From NCBI GenBank assembly GCA_964199315.1, contig OZ116703.1, positions 7,812,001 to 7,876,000 on the forward strand: a stretch of DNA of 64,000 nucleotides, given 5' to 3'. The stretch's first letter is position 1, and the number at the start of each line of letters is the position of its first letter. A model generated the notes under the pieces. That model searched no databases. It saw only the letters and a list, made by a program, of their open reading frames with translations, and was not told the origin of the DNA. Source of the DNA: Orbicella franksi. Taxonomy: Eukaryota. Position numbers and translations under genes: made by a program. Below, one piece after another: positions 62,465 through 64,000 of this stretch.

Positions 62465-62823
62465 CTGAAGAGGAAACAAGTATATACTCAATGAGAATGC
62501 TCAATTCACTGGCTTAGCCATCATGGTATATGAATTATAACATGCTAGATACAAATTTTAATCTGTATTTTATTTTAGTTTTCTATAAATGGAGGCCCTA
62601 TTAGCCCTATAAGTGCCCGGCCCTTAATGAAATCCCATTACGAGGACGATTTCGCCTGCCTGGTTTCAGACCATCTAGAGAAAAGTTTTTCTTATAAAGA
62701 AGTTCAGTTGGGAAAACTGTGAAAACAAGTTGCCTCCCGGAAGAAAACGTGAATAAAAGATTTTCTGATTTTAACCTTGATGAATTGTTAAATGAGTCTG
62801 AGAACTTAACTTCTCAAACGAGT

Positions 62824-62858
<35 letters not shown>

Positions 62859-63323
62859 AACAACCGTGAGGGAGGTTTGGATACGTGGTCTTAATTAGGG
62901 CAGATTTTGACGATTTTACTTCTCTGTTTACTCCTTAGTTTTTGTTTCGATTGAGAAGGCATATCAAACACTCGGGACATTGTTTATTGGCTATCAAAAC
63001 ACCCCGAATTTCGTCAAAAATACTCCGCTGCGAATCGTATTTTCAACTCTCTTCTCGGTGTTTAGATATCCCGATGAAACACTGTCTCTTGTGTTTGATA
63101 TATTACTTCTTTATACTAGTAGTAATCGTAGATTAAAGAGTGTAGGTTTGGTATGTTAAAGAAGCAAAAATTCCGGAAACGACATTTTGTGCCTGAGCTG
63201 TTAGGTAGGCGTGAAATTGGCCTCCCTCCAGCAGGGGAAAAAACAAATGAATTGATCGCAAAGCACGTGCATACGAGAGGGTTTGTTCTCGTTTATACGT
63301 GTATTACCTAATATTAGTTACGA

Positions 63324-63638
63324 CCGGTCAGTAAAAAACACGGACTGCAGTTGTTAGCCCGCATTTAGTCCGCAGTCCGCGTTTTATAGAGGTTTTACAC
63401 GGCAGCCATGTTGCATGGCAAGAACAATAGATTCTTTTTCCTATGGGAAAAAATGTTCTTTGTAATTCAAAAACATTTACATTGTTCGTGCCATGCAACA
63501 TGGCTGCCGTGCAAAACCTCCATACCTGAGTCCGTGTTTTATACCCAGTCCGCAGTCCGCAGTCCGCAGTCCGCAGTCCGCAGTCCGTAGTCCGCAGTCC
63601 GTAGTCCGTAGTCCGCAGTCCTTATTTTATACTGACCG
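63324..63638. mobile_element. MITE with (CAGTCCG)n heptamer array
   Basis: CGGTCAGTAAAAA...TTTTATACTGACCG ends; ~10 heptamer units at 63547-63620. Confidence 0.65.
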
Positions 63639-64000
63639 TGTAAATTGACACAAACGATGCCTGTTCCGTCGGTATGCAAGATGACGTGCTTTTATTACCA
63701 AAACAAAGACAATTATTCTGTTCACGAACACAACTTTGGATCACCTTGGCTTTGGGGGAACAGCTACAGGGCATTTTCACTTCCGAAACAATGAAACGGA
63801 GGACATGTATGATGTTGGTGTACCAAAGCAATCCTGTGGGAGTTGAACTCTTTTCCTATGTAAACACTTTCGTTGGGTTTATGTTACATAACTTGCGCAC
63901 AGAAATCTAGGCCAGCGAAGTGAAACTAAACATTTCTTCCTTTGATTTATTCTGCAGAAATCAGAGTTGGTTTTGGTCGAAGAGTAGAGGGTAGAAAGTA

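Overview
Eukaryotic, AT-rich, repeat-dense DNA; the repeat landscape and gene families suggest an anthozoan, probably a stony coral (inference). Host genes rebuilt by eye from splice sites and reading phase: (1) a two-coding-exon secreted cysteine-rich prepropeptide (8570-9228) with a possible alternative terminal exon; (2) a complete 12-exon PTDSS2 (12637-39091, 459 aa); (3) an intronless SAM-dependent methyltransferase nested antisense in PTDSS2 intron 9; (4) an unidentified spliced locus (41.4-48.3 kb) containing five tandem-duplicated exon-like cassettes with stops in all frames; (5) an intronless class A GPCR; (6) the last three exons of a CEPT1/CHPT1-like gene on the minus strand. PTDSS2 intron 9 also holds nested transposons: a TTAA-flanked Kolobok-like element interrupted by a 5.56-kb TIR-bounded unit. 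That unit carries an uninterrupted Merlin/IS1595 transposase ORF and a divergent, intron-containing DUF3987/YfjI-like P-loop NTPase, itself broken by a recent local rearrangement. Intron 1 holds an IS3EU-type element and a hAT5-type MITE. No database searches were run; family calls rest on recalled motifs.
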